Notes: generated from the letters alone by a model not told the origin. DNA of 64,000 nt from Bispira polyomma (GCA_965649765.1 OZ287752.1:41168001-41232000), one strand, 5' to 3'; counted from the stretch's first letter, positions 25,301-37,850 are shown. Translations and numbers: made by a program.

Positions 25301-26411
25301 TTGTCACATAATTTTACAGGTTTCGCTATGTGAAGACATATTGTATGCAGAAACGAGATGATGGGTTTTATGTATGGGACAGTGTATGTAGTACTGTCAT
25401 CAAATTGATGAATGAAAGTGGCCAGAGTTTACCACACATCTGGGCCTCACCAAATGATATGAAACATCAGGGAAAATTCTTAACAACTGTGTCCTGATGA
25501 GGTGAATCCTTAAAAAATTAAAACATAGCCACATGTTTCGCAAAATCGGAAAACACCTGCATTAGCTTCTCAAACTTTACGATAGAGTTGTCAAACTAAC
25601 TTGGATCGACAAAATGAGAAAAAAAAAGAAAAATTTAAGCATAGAATAAATCTGTTTTTACACCGGATACATTACTTGTGGTCACAGAATCTAGTGTACA
25701 AACCGGTGAAAATGGAAAGAAATGCTATTTTAATATAAAGTGTCATTACCAAATATCCTCTGAACTGGGAAAAACAAATATTATGTGGTCATTTTATGAA
25801 AAAAATCTCTTTTTATATAAATGATATGCTTAATATTTTACTAATTCAAAGTTTTGCGATATGCAACATTTGCATTGGATTTAAAAAATTTAAAAAGAGT
25901 TTCCCGCCAATTTCATTATGTTGGTCTCCCATGTATCCAAACCTCCAGTCATTCCAACCAAAAGTCATGTTTCTAGCAGTTTTCAGATAAATGGTACATA
26001 ATATTTAACCTACGTTTATAGTTTTCTTTCCTTTGACATTGCTCCATCTCTTCGTTATGCTGTCTTCAGAACCAGCAAAGGTAAAAGCTTGCATAACGTC
26101 AGAACCATTGCGAAGAAACTCACGATGTAGTTGCTTGACTAGTACCACATATTAAAATAAAAAAGAGACATCAATAATATAGAAATTGAATTATGTGCTA
26201 ATACTGAATACAGGAACAAAATATATAAATGTTGTCAATAAATGGATAAACTATAAGCTATACCTGCTTCTGGGTGATTGACTGTACATTCTGGTGTAAA
26301 GACTCCAGATTTTACATAGCCCCTCTTTTCCAGTGCAAACACAAATCCACCATCTCCCAATACTGGACCCTCAGCCAGTCTTTCTAATAACCCTTTCCTT
26401 TTGTTAGCCAT
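16308..26411 (-). CDS. BHMT: BHMT-like gene copy B, complete, 8 coding exons, 371 aa
   Basis: Exons 26411-26264, 26138-26014, 23483-23289, 18955-18808, 18336-18151, 17069-16955, 16721-16608, 16392-16308 total 1116 nt in one open frame, all GT-AG. Zn motifs GVNC and [10 protein letters not shown] present; TGA at 16310-16308. Confidence 0.95.
16608..16721 (-). CDS. BHMT: BHMT copy B exon 7 (114 nt)
   Basis: [37 protein letters not shown]. Confidence 0.92.
16955..17069 (-). CDS. BHMT: BHMT copy B exon 6 (115 nt)
   Basis: [39 protein letters not shown]. Confidence 0.94.
17372..17705 (+). mobile_element. tRNA-SINE, family 2
   Basis: cgtggcctagtggttag (box A), gggttctattccc (box B); body gatgaccacgtaaaatggtggt...aaatggtcatcctcaagcctct shared with 62510-62790. 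Confidence 0.75.
18151..18336 (-). CDS. BHMT: BHMT copy B exon 5 (186 nt)
   Basis: [27 protein letters not shown]...[19 protein letters not shown]; first Zn-ligand Cys. Confidence 0.93.
18808..18955 (-). CDS. BHMT: BHMT copy B exon 4 (148 nt)
   Basis: [49 protein letters not shown]. Confidence 0.93.
19020..19692. mobile_element. MITE with Harbinger-like termini and an internal ~80-bp duplication
   Basis: TIRs TAGCCCAGTCACACCT / AGGTGTAACAGGGCTA with TAA/TTA flanks; cgcaccagtaagta...cccccactttt duplicated within 19376-19542. Confidence 0.75.
19718..20385 (-). mobile_element. L2/CR1 LINE 3' fragment
   Basis: [33 protein letters not shown]-like motifs; microsatellite tail near 19720. Confidence 0.82.
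20640..21826 (-). mobile_element. Tx1/L1-clade LINE RT fragment
   Basis: [29 protein letters not shown] and QLADDTTIF (ORF 21405-21713). Confidence 0.85.
21821..22800 (-). mobile_element. Helentron-associated (HINE-like) element with internal tandem subunits; inverted copy of 28334-29064
   Basis: atgcatatttgtatcc...caaagcacc..ggtagcaagcac..tagctagcacccaag is the reverse complement of ~28965-29037; repeated catgatttcctataggttggtttcacatcc/gacctt units. Confidence 0.75.
23289..23483 (-). CDS. BHMT: BHMT copy B exon 3 (195 nt)
   Basis: [33 protein letters not shown]...DVDFIICE. Confidence 0.93.
23600..24095 (-). mobile_element. 3' end of a Tx1/L1-like LINE with poly(A) tail
   Basis: [10 protein letters not shown]...IYQNEYYA...FKKIW C-terminal pattern; T-run at ~23605-23618. 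Confidence 0.6.
24683..24847 (+). mobile_element. 5'-truncated tRNA-SINE, family 1
   Basis: 12-bp TSD TACATCAAAGGC at 24671-24682 and 24848-24859; body shared with the 6129 and 38081 copies. Confidence 0.87.
26014..26138 (-). CDS. BHMT: BHMT copy B exon 2 (125 nt)
   Basis: [42 protein letters not shown]. Confidence 0.92.
26264..26411 (-). CDS. BHMT: BHMT copy B exon 1 (148 nt)
   Basis: [49 protein letters not shown]. Confidence 0.93.
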
Positions 26412-26899
26412 CTTAATACAGCAAAAAAAATATTATACTTTTGACAATCTGACAAATAAAGTATGTAGTAATTTTTGTTCAACTAATTTAGGATTGGGTG
26501 TGTTATTAATGCCATATAACTTATTCAGTTTATTAGGTCATTCTATAACACAGATGTTGACCTATGTTGACATTTTGTTACCTTAACTGTTGTTTTTATT
26601 ATATACAAACCTTTTTTTTTTTTTTTTCGATTAATGTGATGATGTATCCAAAGTAAGTTGAGGTTTACAGTAATACAGCTGATGACTTACAAAAGACAAA
26701 GAATGTCGCGCTGCCATGTGCCTATCTAAAGGAAATCACTAGATCTCGGTACTTGTTGTCAGACGAGAATATCGCTAACATAACTGCTGAAAAACCCCCT
26801 TGAAATATCAATTTGAATGTGACAGGGTTAGGAGTAGACCATATTGGCTCAGCTACATCACATTTGACCCTATCAGAGTGTACTCTGTCACCGGTGTAA

Positions 26900-27860
26900 T
26901 TATTGTATTGTATTTGTATTGTATTGTACATTTTTAACGCACCTTATTGATGCTAGGCATCTCCTAAGGCGGAACATCAGAATCAATAAGCAAATAGAAA
27001 AATCGATAAACAATAGGTTGTAAGGATGAATGCGTCAACACCCAGGTAGAGGACTACAGAGAATAGGTGAGCCTGAAGAGATAGGTTTTTAACTTTTTCC
27101 GAAATCCAGAAAGTGTTTCAAGCATTCAACTGGAAGGCGGTTCTATAGCATAGGAACGGCGACCGAGAAGGCTCGAGATATGACCCTCTTAGTGGGTTTT
27201 TTAGAGGCTCTTTCCCCTTTTAAGGCTGCTGAATGAGAGTTTGTAGCAAGGAAGTGAGGCTGTTGGGAGACAACAGCTTTAAAGGTAGTTACGTGCATTT
27301 TAAACAGGATTTGATCGTGAATTGGAAGCCAATGGAGTTGCTTGAGGTATGGCGTTACATCAGTACGGATACCCAAATAAAAGATAACTCTACATGGATT
27401 GTTTTGAATGGACTGTAACTTGTTTATGTAGGAATTATTAGCTCCAAAGAGAAAAGAATTACAATAATCAAGGCAGCTACTCACAAGAGCGTTGGCTACA
27501 ATAATAGCAGTATCTATTGGCAGATAATTTGTGATTCTTTTGAGGTCACGAATGTCGTAGTAGCAGGAGCGTCAGATGTTGTTAATGATGTTGTCGGATG
27601 AAAAATGGTCGCCCAATTTGATTTTTTGAGTTGTAAGAGCAAGGTACGATTTAATCCAGTCAAGGACAGTACTATCAACACCAAACCACTGTTTTAGGGT
27701 GTCAAAGAGTAAGCCATGGTCGATAGTATCAAAAGCTGCAGAGAGATCGAGAAGGATTAGGGCGACAGTTTTATTACGATCCAAGGCAAGGTTAATGTCA
27801 TCACTGATTGAAAGTAGGGCACTCTCCGTAGAGTGAAATTTTATGTAGGCAGATTGGTGG
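26900..27860 (-). mobile_element. L2/CR1 LINE fragment with an internal deletion
   Basis: ORFs 27572-27784 (ALILLDLSAAFDTIDH) and 27143-27484 (LDYCNS, LHWLP, RAFSVAVP); (caata)n tail near 26900. Confidence 0.88.
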
Positions 27861-28029
27861 GAGAAAGGAATGGCAGATTTTCATTTGTGAGGGATATTGT
27901 TAGTGAAAATTTGGAGTTTCAGGAATGGATCCTATTAGGGAGCATCCTTGTGTATATGATAAATTTAAAATTAATCTGTATTTGTTAGTGTTATGTTGGA
28001 GTCACTCAGTCTATTAAGGGCACATTGAC

Positions 28030-30500
28030 TGGTGTTCTCCCATAATAAACTACCCTTTTCGACATTTTAGATATTGGAACAATCGTGTAGTACATGGAGT
28101 TGTAAAAGTTGTAAGGAAAGATGTGGGGGTGTACAGGAGGGAACTAGGGTGGGTTGGCAAGGTTAAAGAGATTTCAAGCTTTTTACTAAAACTGATAAGT
28201 GTATCTACTGATCTGAGATCGACTGAGAGACTATTCCAAAACAAGGGGACAAGGATTCCTGGCAGGATAATTTTAGGAACTCACTGTCTTTCTTGTTTCC
28301 AATGAGAATGAATTCAGTGTTGTCAGGATGTAATTGTATTCACCGATCCAGAGATCGGTGGATACTTTGGTTTAGTGTTCGCTACTCCGCCAACGCCGCC
28401 AAAGACAGATTTTTGCCATTAACACTAAAAGTTTGGCATGTGAAGCCAACCTATAGGAAATCATGTGCTGGGAATCTGATGTGGTCAGGTTTGACCTAGG
28501 GCTCCTCCTTCAAGGTCAAACGAGGATAGCCAAACTTAAAATTGATTATAACTCGCTTATTATTGGTTCTAGAGTTTTGGGATGTGAAACCAACCTATAG
28601 CAAATCATGGGCTGGGAGTCTTCTGGTGTGGTCAGGTTTGATTTTGGGCCCCTCCCGTCAAATAAGGGTACCAATTTTAAAAGTGCTAATAACTATTATT
28701 GGTCCTAGAGATTTAGAATGTCAAACCAACCTAAGAAAATCATAGTCGTAGAGGTTTGGGATGTGAAACCAACCTACAAGAAATCATGGGCTGCTAATCT
28801 TTTGGTCACATTTAACCTTTGATCCTTCGTGCAAGGTCAATCGGGTACGCCAAACTTTAAAGTGCCTCTCAGAGACTTATTATTGGTCCCACAGGTTTCC
28901 AATATCAAACCCACTTGTGCCATTTAAGGCTTTAGCATAAATACCCTATAGAAAATCATAGGCTTCTAGCTTGGGTGCTAGCTAGAGTGCTTGCTACCGC
29001 GGGTGCTTTGTCTTTTTGGTGGATACAAATATGCATTGGTTTTCCCATGCGCTAGGTCTTGTTTAAATTTGGAGTAGTTAATCCAAGCCTGATCAGACAG
29101 CAGACAGTCCACAAGTAGATCAATATTTTTATGTGTATTTTGAGGGTTGAGAGAGATAGACTTGAGTGTAATTAGCATGTGGTGTTTTATATTATGGTTA
29201 TTGGTGACAGTGCTGAGAGGATGTGTATTAAGAGTAAACAGTAGAGGTCCAAGAACAGACCCCTAGGGTATTCTGGGGTACTCTAAGAGTAAGGTAGGAT
29301 GTGTGCCATTAAGTCTGAACCATTGTTTCAGGGTGTTGCAAAGTAGGCCATGGTCGATGGTGTCGAAGGCTGCTAAGAGATCTAAAGGGTGGGGCCACTG
29401 CTTCATTGCGATCCAATCCAAGATTGATATCATTGCTGATAGAAAAAGGGGCACCTTCTGTAGAATGAAACTTTGTGCAGGCAGATTGGTGACGATTTTT
29501 GATGTTTTATGTGTTGAGGTGGTCAGACATTTGTTGTGCCACAGCTTTGCCGATGACTTTAGAGATAAAACTGAGATTATACACCAATCTGAAGTTTTTG
29601 AGCTGGTTTTTGTCAAGCCCTAGTTTTTTTAGCAAGGGAGTAACATTGGCAGTTTTAAAACAAGTGGGAAAAATTTAATATGTTGGTTATGGGTGTGACT
29701 AGAATGTCCAGGTATTGATTGAGAATGACGACTGGGTGGAATCTAGTTCAAGATTTAATAGTAGAAGATTTCATGAGTTTTAGAACATCCTTCTCTGTGG
29801 GCTGGAGAGAAGAAATGAAACATTTTGGGATTGTGTAGATTAACTGATTATGGAATCATACTGCTCCTTTTTAGCACCAGTTGTTAACAAGTTGAAGTGG
29901 TAGGTGGCGATGCGGTACCTCCTTCTATCAAACGAGGATCTGGTACAACATTGACGCTCAAGTTGGTCTTTGCATCTTTTGGCCTTTGTGCCGGCAGCAT
30001 TGGTCTATTCATGGGGGTTTGTGGGGGGAAGTGTTTTAGAAACTCATGGAGCATGATTGTCGAAGATAGTTGAATGGCTATGATTGTATTGTGAGCTGAC
30101 GCTGTCTGCATTCTTGCACGGATGTTTCATGAGGTTTGATGTCGTCTCTAAATGTGTTAAAGTTGATATTTTGAATATTCCAGTATTTTATTACACAAGG
30201 TTCTTGTGAAGCAGATAGTGGCATATTTGAATAGGCATAGGTTGCTTGGTCATCAGAAACCCCATTAGTGACTCAGACTTTCCTGACCAGATTGGAATTT
30301 GGTTGGGCATTTACCAGATACGGTATATGATTGTGGAGGTGGGTAGGACTGGAGATGAACTGTGAGCAATTAAAGTGTTGAAGACTGTTAAAGTTTTTGT
30401 TGTTAACCGTGATGTTAAAATCACCAAGGAAAATAGCTTTGAATGGGAGAAGGTTGGGGTCTCGAGGAATTTAGAAAACTCTGAGAGATGTACCAATCTA
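28030..30500 (-). mobile_element. Decayed L2/CR1 LINE interrupted by a HINE insertion
   Basis: FWNSLSVDLRSVDTL (28050-28244), DLLAAFDTIDH (29263-29616), and an upstream linker/endonuclease-like region to ~30500. Confidence 0.78.
28334..29064 (+). mobile_element. Helentron-associated interspersed element (HINE/DINE-like)
   Basis: 5' hairpin gtattcaccgatc/gatcggtggatac, gcc microrepeat, internal tandem subunits, 3' subterminal IR ggtggataca then short stem and cttgttt. Confidence 0.72.
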
Positions 30501-31302
30501 AACTTCAACTGACTAATTTATTAAAGGACTTTGAACTATACAATTTGTTACTGTCACCCGTGAGACATAGTGAGAAAGAAGAATGAGAGATACTAATTTA
30601 ATGTAAAAGAAAGATAAGTATATGTCAGCGTTTGTCTGGTCGATATCCCCCCAAAATACCAAAGTTATACTTATGTCATGCGATTTAACTTTCTAAATAA
30701 GCCTATTTTTATTATACTCTCGCCTGGTAAATACATTTTGGGTTTTAGAAAATTTGTTCTAGCTTAAATCTAATGAATAATTACTTTTCCTTGACATGTT
30801 TTCAAAATTGTAATACTTCAACATTAGCCAAGTTCGACTGGTAGGAAAGATACCTATCTTATTTAATTTGAAAGAATAAGTAGTTACTAAATTTATAAAC
30901 AATTCTTTTGTTCATAAGTACTTTTCATTTAACTAAAAAATTTTGTTTATTTACCTTAACATTTATTTTATCAAAGAAACCTGTACGTATATCAGTAAAT
31001 ACAAAATGTTTTTCATCTTCCACTAGTTTACATAATACAGGCGTGTATGTGTTTTTTTTTGGAAATTCAGGAGGACTTTGCGCAATGCTTAAAAAATACA
31101 ATTTGTTAATGCCACCTTAGGTTTCAGCAATTTGAGTCAGAGAAAATTGCCTTGAATCAGGAGTTTCTTTAAACTCCTTGTCCTCGCCTTCGACTTGGAC
31201 TATTATTTTCAAGAAACTCCTTATTCTCGACAATTCTCATACACCTTACAGTGCTTTTTCATGAAAATGTTTTACTTATAAAGTAACAAAATGAGACATT
31301 AC

Positions 31303-31430
31303 CTGTATCCAACAGTTTAGTGACGAGAAATGTATCCTTAGATTTAAAATGCAGACCAGGTTTTTCTTCTAACCCTGTTTTAACAAATGATTTCTGAGTA
31401 ATATGTCATGAATTTTGTCCTCCTTATATA
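31303..31430 (-). promoter_or_regulatory. Candidate TATA box plus non-coding 5' exon for copy B
   Basis: Minus strand TATATAAGG near 31430-31422 and donor CAG|GTAATG at 31303/31302; the copy B ATG directly follows an AG. An alternative donor exists at 26582/26581. Confidence 0.3.
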
Positions 31431-31608
31431 AAAGTAGTGAACATTAAAAACACACTATTGGGTTATACTGGTAATAATATAACCACATTAAAATATTGTC
31501 AGCACTCAAAACATTATAAGGACGAAAAAGGTGCATCTGATTTGAAGTGACACGTGTACAAAATCAAATTGTCTCATCATATATACAGCTGACTGTTCAC
31601 AGTACTAT

Positions 31609-31722
31609 ATAGATAAACACCAAGTGGCACTACGTTATGTTAACATAATGGAGTATGAGGGCCTTTATGCCCGAATACCCATTAAGTTTACATAATGTAA
31701 GTGCCACAAGGTGTTTATCTAT
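31609..31722. repeat. Long imperfect palindrome (~55-bp arms)
   Basis: atagataaacacc..gtggcac...gggc / gccc...gtgccac..ggtgtttatctat. Confidence 0.85.
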
Positions 31723-32426
31723 TATAAAATCCAACCCAACTAAAACAACATTTTTGAATAAAAATTGAAATTAAATTAAGAATGCATCTTTAAATATTTA
31801 CTTAAATAATTGGTAGAAAAAAAACGCTACAACTACATTATTTTCTAATGCTGCATTATTAGAAAATAATGTAGTAACAGTTCAATGTCAATGCATATCA
31901 ATTGGGTTGTATACCAATATACAAACTGGTTTCTTTAAAAAAATAAATTTTAAGGTACATAAACAAGATGTTCCAGTTAAAAGAAAAGTACTGATAAACG
32001 AAAGAAATGTTTATAGCCATACTTGGCTGTGTAACGTGTGATAGTATAATAAAGCAAGCGCACATGTCAAAGGTTTCAGACCATAAAGACACAAATGGGC
32101 TATGTATATTTATATATTCTAACACCACCATTATTATACCAGTAACACTATCAGTAATGTCATTTAATAATGCAGACCGTTGGTGATAATAGCAAGTTAT
32201 AGGTTCACACAGAAGTCCATTATGATAGCAATATTTCGATCATGTATATACACCAAATTAGTAGATCAAGTGAACTGTTCTAATTAAAGAAATTAAATTA
32301 AATTCAAATAGTTTACAATGAGTTTTTATCCAATGACATTATGATACTCTTAATTTTTAGTCAATTCAAGAAAAGTTGTGATTTTGCAGGGTTATTTTCC
32401 CATCTGATATTATCAGATTAATTCTA

Positions 32427-32652
32427 ACTAGAACGGCACTCGGAAGAGTACATATCCCTGCCAATGTGGCATAGTAACACAAAGTAAATCAAACAACAAT
32501 TACTGAATCTGCTCTATAATTCAATGGATTGTTTATCTTCCCATGCCCTATTCATCCACCAATTTTAATGCAAATTGGTTTTTGTATTAATAGTGGTGAC
32601 AAACAAACAAACAGAGCCAGGTGGAAAGATAACCTCCTTGGTGGACGTAATA
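32427..32652 (-). mobile_element. Short HINE/Pearl-like repeat remnant; related remnants near 7830-8090
   Basis: actagaacggcactcggaagag start, (aaac)n, and cctccttggtgga.gta terminal hairpin motif also seen near 7920 and 8028. Confidence 0.5.
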
Positions 32653-33867
32653 ATGATGTGTACCAGGGCAAGTGGTCTCTTGTACTGCATTCCTATAAGT
32701 AGACTTGAAGAAAGTCTGCATTAAGGTGATGTAGGGATAACTTAAAAGTACAAAGATCACTTGTCACCCATCACTTATTTATGGTGTCAGTGAGAGTACC
32801 CAAAGAGAAGAACTTTTGGGTTGAAATTTAACTTAACCTTGTATACATGAAAATCTATTTAGTATTTTTTAAAAGACAAAGAGCCTCAACGATCTCTTTC
32901 AGTCCACCGGCTTACAGGTAATCCTGTCTTAAACTTGATCTATGATTTAAGTCATCTGAATACAGTAAGCCTGTCAGGCAGCCAACCATGACTTATTATG
33001 TAGTGATATCCAAATAAGACCATGATGCCAGATATTTAAACAATCTACAGATTATAAATTTAATTTTGCATGGTTTAGGAAATCTGTAGACATATCATGT
33101 GCCCCAGTTAAAGTTAAGGTTCACAGTTAAGGTCCAAACACATAGCCCTAACAAGCATCTGCAAAGTAGCTTAAAATTTCACATATCTAAACACATGAAC
33201 ACTCATTCTGTGCCCATGATTCGGCCCATGTCCTGTGTGAATTGAAGAAATTTTGGATGATTATACGGATCCGGATCCCAACAAGGTCTTGGTTAGGATA
33301 TAGATAGGTAGATTTATAGGATGATATGCCTTTGAGTCTCAACAACTGTATGCCAATGAGATCTTACATCCTATAGGGTTATCATATTCATTTATAGGAA
33401 CAAGCGGTACAGTCTTCATCCAAGTGCATATGCAACATATGAACCTACACACTGCCCAACTAACCAAAGCTTCTTCCTAAGAAGATAGCATTGGCGTTAT
33501 GGACTAAGCCAAGGAAGCCCCCCCCCCCCCCCCCCCCGTTCTTAATCCTATAGAACATTTTTAGTATAAGATGTTTTGGTCGAAACCTTACCTCTCATAA
33601 TGTCCAGGAACTGATTGAAGGTTTACTACACTATACACACTAGTGACATCCGATAGAAGAGAAATAACACAAATTTTTAACAAAGTTTTGGATATTATAG
33701 TTTTCACCTAATCAGTTTGAATCAGAAGTCCAATATCTAGTACACCATTTAACATTTACATGCATGTTTATGGATAATACATTATTACTATTGTAACCGA
33801 CAGGTATTTTAAACTGTGAATACAATATTTTCTCATATACAGAAAACACAATAGTAAATGAAATCAT

Positions 33868-33952
33868 TTAGTAGTAAAAAGCTGTGGCAAATGCTGTACT
33901 TCTTGGTCTTCCAGTGGATGGTTCTAGATTTCTCCAGATCTCTTTAGATGAT
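33868..33952 (-). pseudogene. BHMT: BHMT copy C exon 8
   Basis: [27 protein letters not shown] (TAA 33870-33868). Confidence 0.85.
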
Positions 33953-35023
33953 CTGTAAATACAAATAATTAACATCATAGTAATTATAATAAAAACAGAA
34001 ACGACGACAACAATATATTAGTGCTTTGTATTTTAATACATATGAATAGACTTTTATTTTTCAAATTTGAGTTATTGTAACTACCGTTGCTATTACTGAT
34101 TTGTTATGCTCCGCTGATGTTATTGTTATAGTCAGACCTCATACATTTTAATAAAAGAAGGTTCAAAGTTAAACCTGTCATCCTAAATAACCAGTTTTAT
34201 CATCCACTAGCATGTGGATGAAACAGTTTTGATGTGAAACTTGGTTGGTATAAATAAATAATGTCGATCAAATTGCCTGCAAGACTATAGACCCCGTATT
34301 AGGGAAACATTTGGAGAAATGGAAACCAAATAGGATGTTTTATCTTAATAGATATGTAAATGTGTTCATTTGTGCAAACACCATCAACGAAGATAGTCAG
34401 AACCCATGAAATACTTATTTAGGCAGAAAGGAACTGTTATTTACTTTCTTATTATATTTTAAAAAGCACAGAATTTGTGATAATGCATCCTCTAAAGCAT
34501 CCACAAGGGATAGTCATACAGAAAAATAGAACCACTCATCACGGGTCAATTCCTTATGTGGCATTCACACCGCCTTTCTCTCCCGTTCAGCCAAGTTCTA
34601 ATGGTCTTGAGTATATGGCAATGCAAGAGCGTGAACTAGGTATGAACTTGGACAGTGTGAATGCTACATTAGGTCACAGTAGACAACAGGAAAAACTGCT
34701 ACACATCAACTGAAAAGTCTGCTGCAACAAGCAATTCAAGTAATAGAGTTATTATCTTATGTCTGTCAGGTTTTGTACAAAACTTTGCATACCTTCTACT
34801 GGACGATATATCTTACAGGTAAAGGTACTGCACCAGTGACAATTATCACCAGGAATTAATTTTAACTGTTTTATCTAATGGGGTAGGGATAAGCAAAAGT
34901 TAATTGTGTGAAATGTGTGAAAATACTAAAAATTTGTTTCCAGTGAACTAATCAAAAATTGCAAATTAGTGAAATTTTCTTTCAGCTAAACTTGCCACTT
35001 TTTATAGTATTTAATTATGTAAC

Positions 35024-35137
35024 CTGTTTCTGAGTAAATCCCGTGGACTTGTTTCCAGACCAGACAGGATGTGGTCAAACTCTTTGGTCACTTCTGCCAC
35101 TTTCCTACGTTCTTTTGTTAATTCTTCTGACATTGCC
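35024..35137 (-). pseudogene. BHMT: BHMT copy C exon 7
   Basis: [37 protein letters not shown]. Confidence 0.85.
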
Positions 35138-35519
35138 CTAAAAAAATGAGAATACCATACTTGAAATAAAATCAAATAATAATAATAATTCAACAGCTAC
35201 ATATTATATCGTGATGGTCAGTTTATTGGTGGAGTTGTTTTTTACTCTTTAAATTACCGGCCTTCCCAAAGTCACTGTAAATTTCCCTACATACACTCTG
35301 GGATAGATAATCAAACTAGACTGCAGAGGTTGGAGGCGAGAGTGTTACCTATACACCATCAATGCTCCCATATAATTATAACGGTATTACTATTAAACAC
35401 TTTATTCAAATGGACTAATTGGCATCGTGTGTACTAAGCCTATGCTTTCTTTCAGCACATTCCGACGTCGGCCGATTTGCGTGTGTCCGATCCGATCCGA
35501 CGTCTGCCGATGTATGTCT

Positions 35520-35915
35520 TCCTTTCATCAGACATATGCTAAAAATTTGTCGGATGTTAATGTTCAAAATGGCATGGGAAAGGTTATTTTATTGTGATTA
35601 CAGTGAGTGCTTTTTTCCACCAAAATTCGATGAGAAAAAGATATATACAGTTAAGTAAGGGTACCCATTTTTACTTCCTGGTGTGTAAGCTGTGACGTAG
35701 CTACAAAACTGACGTCATGATGACGTTTTGTGACGAATTATTTACAATACAAGGAGGAAGTTAAGTGGGGTACCCATCTTTTAACCTTAATATCTGAGCT
35801 GTTTCTTAACAAATTTTGGTGGGGGAAAAAACACAGTAATCACAATAAAATAACCTTTCTCATGCCATTTTTAACTACAATATCCGACAAATATTGAGTA
35901 TGTATGGGATGGAAA
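35520..35915. repeat. Foldback MITE-like long inverted repeat (~160-bp arms)
   Basis: tttgtcggat...aaaatggcatg.gaaaggttattttattgtgattac...gggtaccc...acttcct is mirrored at ~35752-35915. Confidence 0.85.
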
Positions 35916-36114
35916 CTATACCTATGATAGAATTTTTGCAGCCATTTTGTTTCAAAATCATTTTGTTGTATATTTTTGAATATGCTAATCAGTAGACAGT
36001 GGATTGCTATTATACCTGTGAGTCTGACCAGTCAGATATCATTGAAGACTTGTTGTATTTTTTCATTTATACTTTTTTGTGTGCTTGCTTCTGGCATAAT
36101 AATTAGATTCTGAC

Positions 36115-36229
36115 CTTATATGGTAAGGTTCAAATCCACAGCATCCTCCAATGTATCTTACACCAAGTTCGTAGGCTTCTCTGGCATACTTCTCGGCTTC
36201 AAATCTAGTAATAACTCTTGGTTCATATG
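36115..36229 (-). pseudogene. BHMT: BHMT copy C exon 6
   Basis: [39 protein letters not shown]. Confidence 0.85.
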
Positions 36230-36666
36230 CTGAAACCATTACACTGCGCTATATGAACCAATAAATAATAAACACAATCTTCAATTATAATATTTAATTT
36301 GTTAATGGGGATATTTTTAATTTGGAAAGATTATATAATAGTAATTTTTTTTTCAGAATTTAAATTTTTATGTTTACACTTAGGGTACAATGTTTTACAA
36401 TTGCTTTATTTAGCAAGCCTCAACAATCTAAATAATTCAGTAATCATCTACACCTTCTACAGAACATAGTCTTCCAAAGCTAAAAATGACTTATTTTATA
36501 AACAGTTTTCTAGAAACCACAGTTTCTTCTGCACTCAGTGGTCAATTCAGTAAAATTTTAAATATCTATCATAACTGATACTGTCTCTTCTATGTAGAGG
36601 GTAATTGGAAGCTTTGTCTAAATAATGGGATAAATATTGATATATGTATAAAGGTACTGTATTTAC

Positions 36667-36852
36667 CAAAAAAGTTCTCCGGAGTGTGGACATATCCTTT
36701 CTTAGTCTCTATGTCTGGTGTAAGAAGTGCCAGTGACTGACACATGAGATATGGCTTCAGCTTTTCCTGTTCTAGGGCTTCCTTCATCACTCTGATACTT
36801 TTCAATGAGACATTCGGTCCAAATGCACAATTCACCCCAATTATATCAGCTC
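36667..36852 (-). pseudogene. BHMT: BHMT copy C exon 5
   Basis: [27 protein letters not shown]...KGYVHTPENFF. Confidence 0.85.
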
Positions 36853-37316
36853 CTAATAAAACATTGAATTTGTTAATAATTTGCATTTTCAGGCCTATAA
36901 ATAAGAAGTATTATTTTGGGACAAAAAGAGGGTCAATAATTCATGAAGATTCGACCATCGCCAAGTTAGGGACTCTGTTGAAAAGGCAGATGCAAATAGG
37001 TGAATTCCTAAGAGAGGTTGCATAGTCGCTAAATGAATTAGTGAAACATTGGGACAACTAGATCTGATATTACTGACAGATGTGAGTTATGTTAACTCTT
37101 TGGTTAACAGCTTCACACTATTCCTTGCAACTATGTGTTTAGACTATGATACTACTTCTTTGCCAACTTCATTAAAATAATTTTGATGAATTTACATACT
37201 GATGTGAGGCCTATAGAGAAAATGAGATGGATATTTAGCAATATAAGTACGCATATTTAAGGAAGAAGTCAGCAACTAATGACATTGCTTTCCCGGTATA
37301 TGTAACTCAAAAACAC

Positions 37317-37464
37317 CTGCTCTTGCCATGCGCACTGCACACTCCCCTGTTGGTACATCATTCATATCTGCATGTGGACCAACACACATGCTTGAGGCTA
37401 CAGGTTTTCCAGTTTCTTTGGCAGCCTCTATGGCCCATTCCATCTCTTCTATTGTAGAAATGTA
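37317..37464 (-). pseudogene. BHMT: BHMT copy C exon 4
   Basis: [49 protein letters not shown]; upstream reads ttcag-g-TAC. Confidence 0.85.
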
Positions 37465-37850
37465 CCTGAAACACAAAGATGAATATTAAGAAATTTTGTC
37501 CTTTTTTTTACATGAAAATATATAAAATGACTATCAATACCACATTTAAATAGCTAGATAAAGACATTTTATCTGCAACAGGCTCTTGGTGATAACAATT
37601 TAATATGGTGATAACAATTCAATATGGAATATTAATTATAAAATACATTTTAATCCCCATGTCATTTTTGATAAACTTCTTGTAGTTGTGGCAAAATCGT
37701 GACTCATTCTGAACAGATCACAGCCAAAAGAAGTTTATCCTTTACCATACCTTGCAAAAAAACACAGATAGATGCAACCATTCAAACGCAATACTCCTTC
37801 TAAACAGAATGTAGGTAACAGTAGGGAATATGAAGGTTAATGGGACTTAC

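Noticed and set aside
33518-33537. Poly-C runs (also ~46948-46968) as functional G-quadruplexes
   Set aside because: They are simple homopolymers with no supporting context, and their lengths are error-prone.
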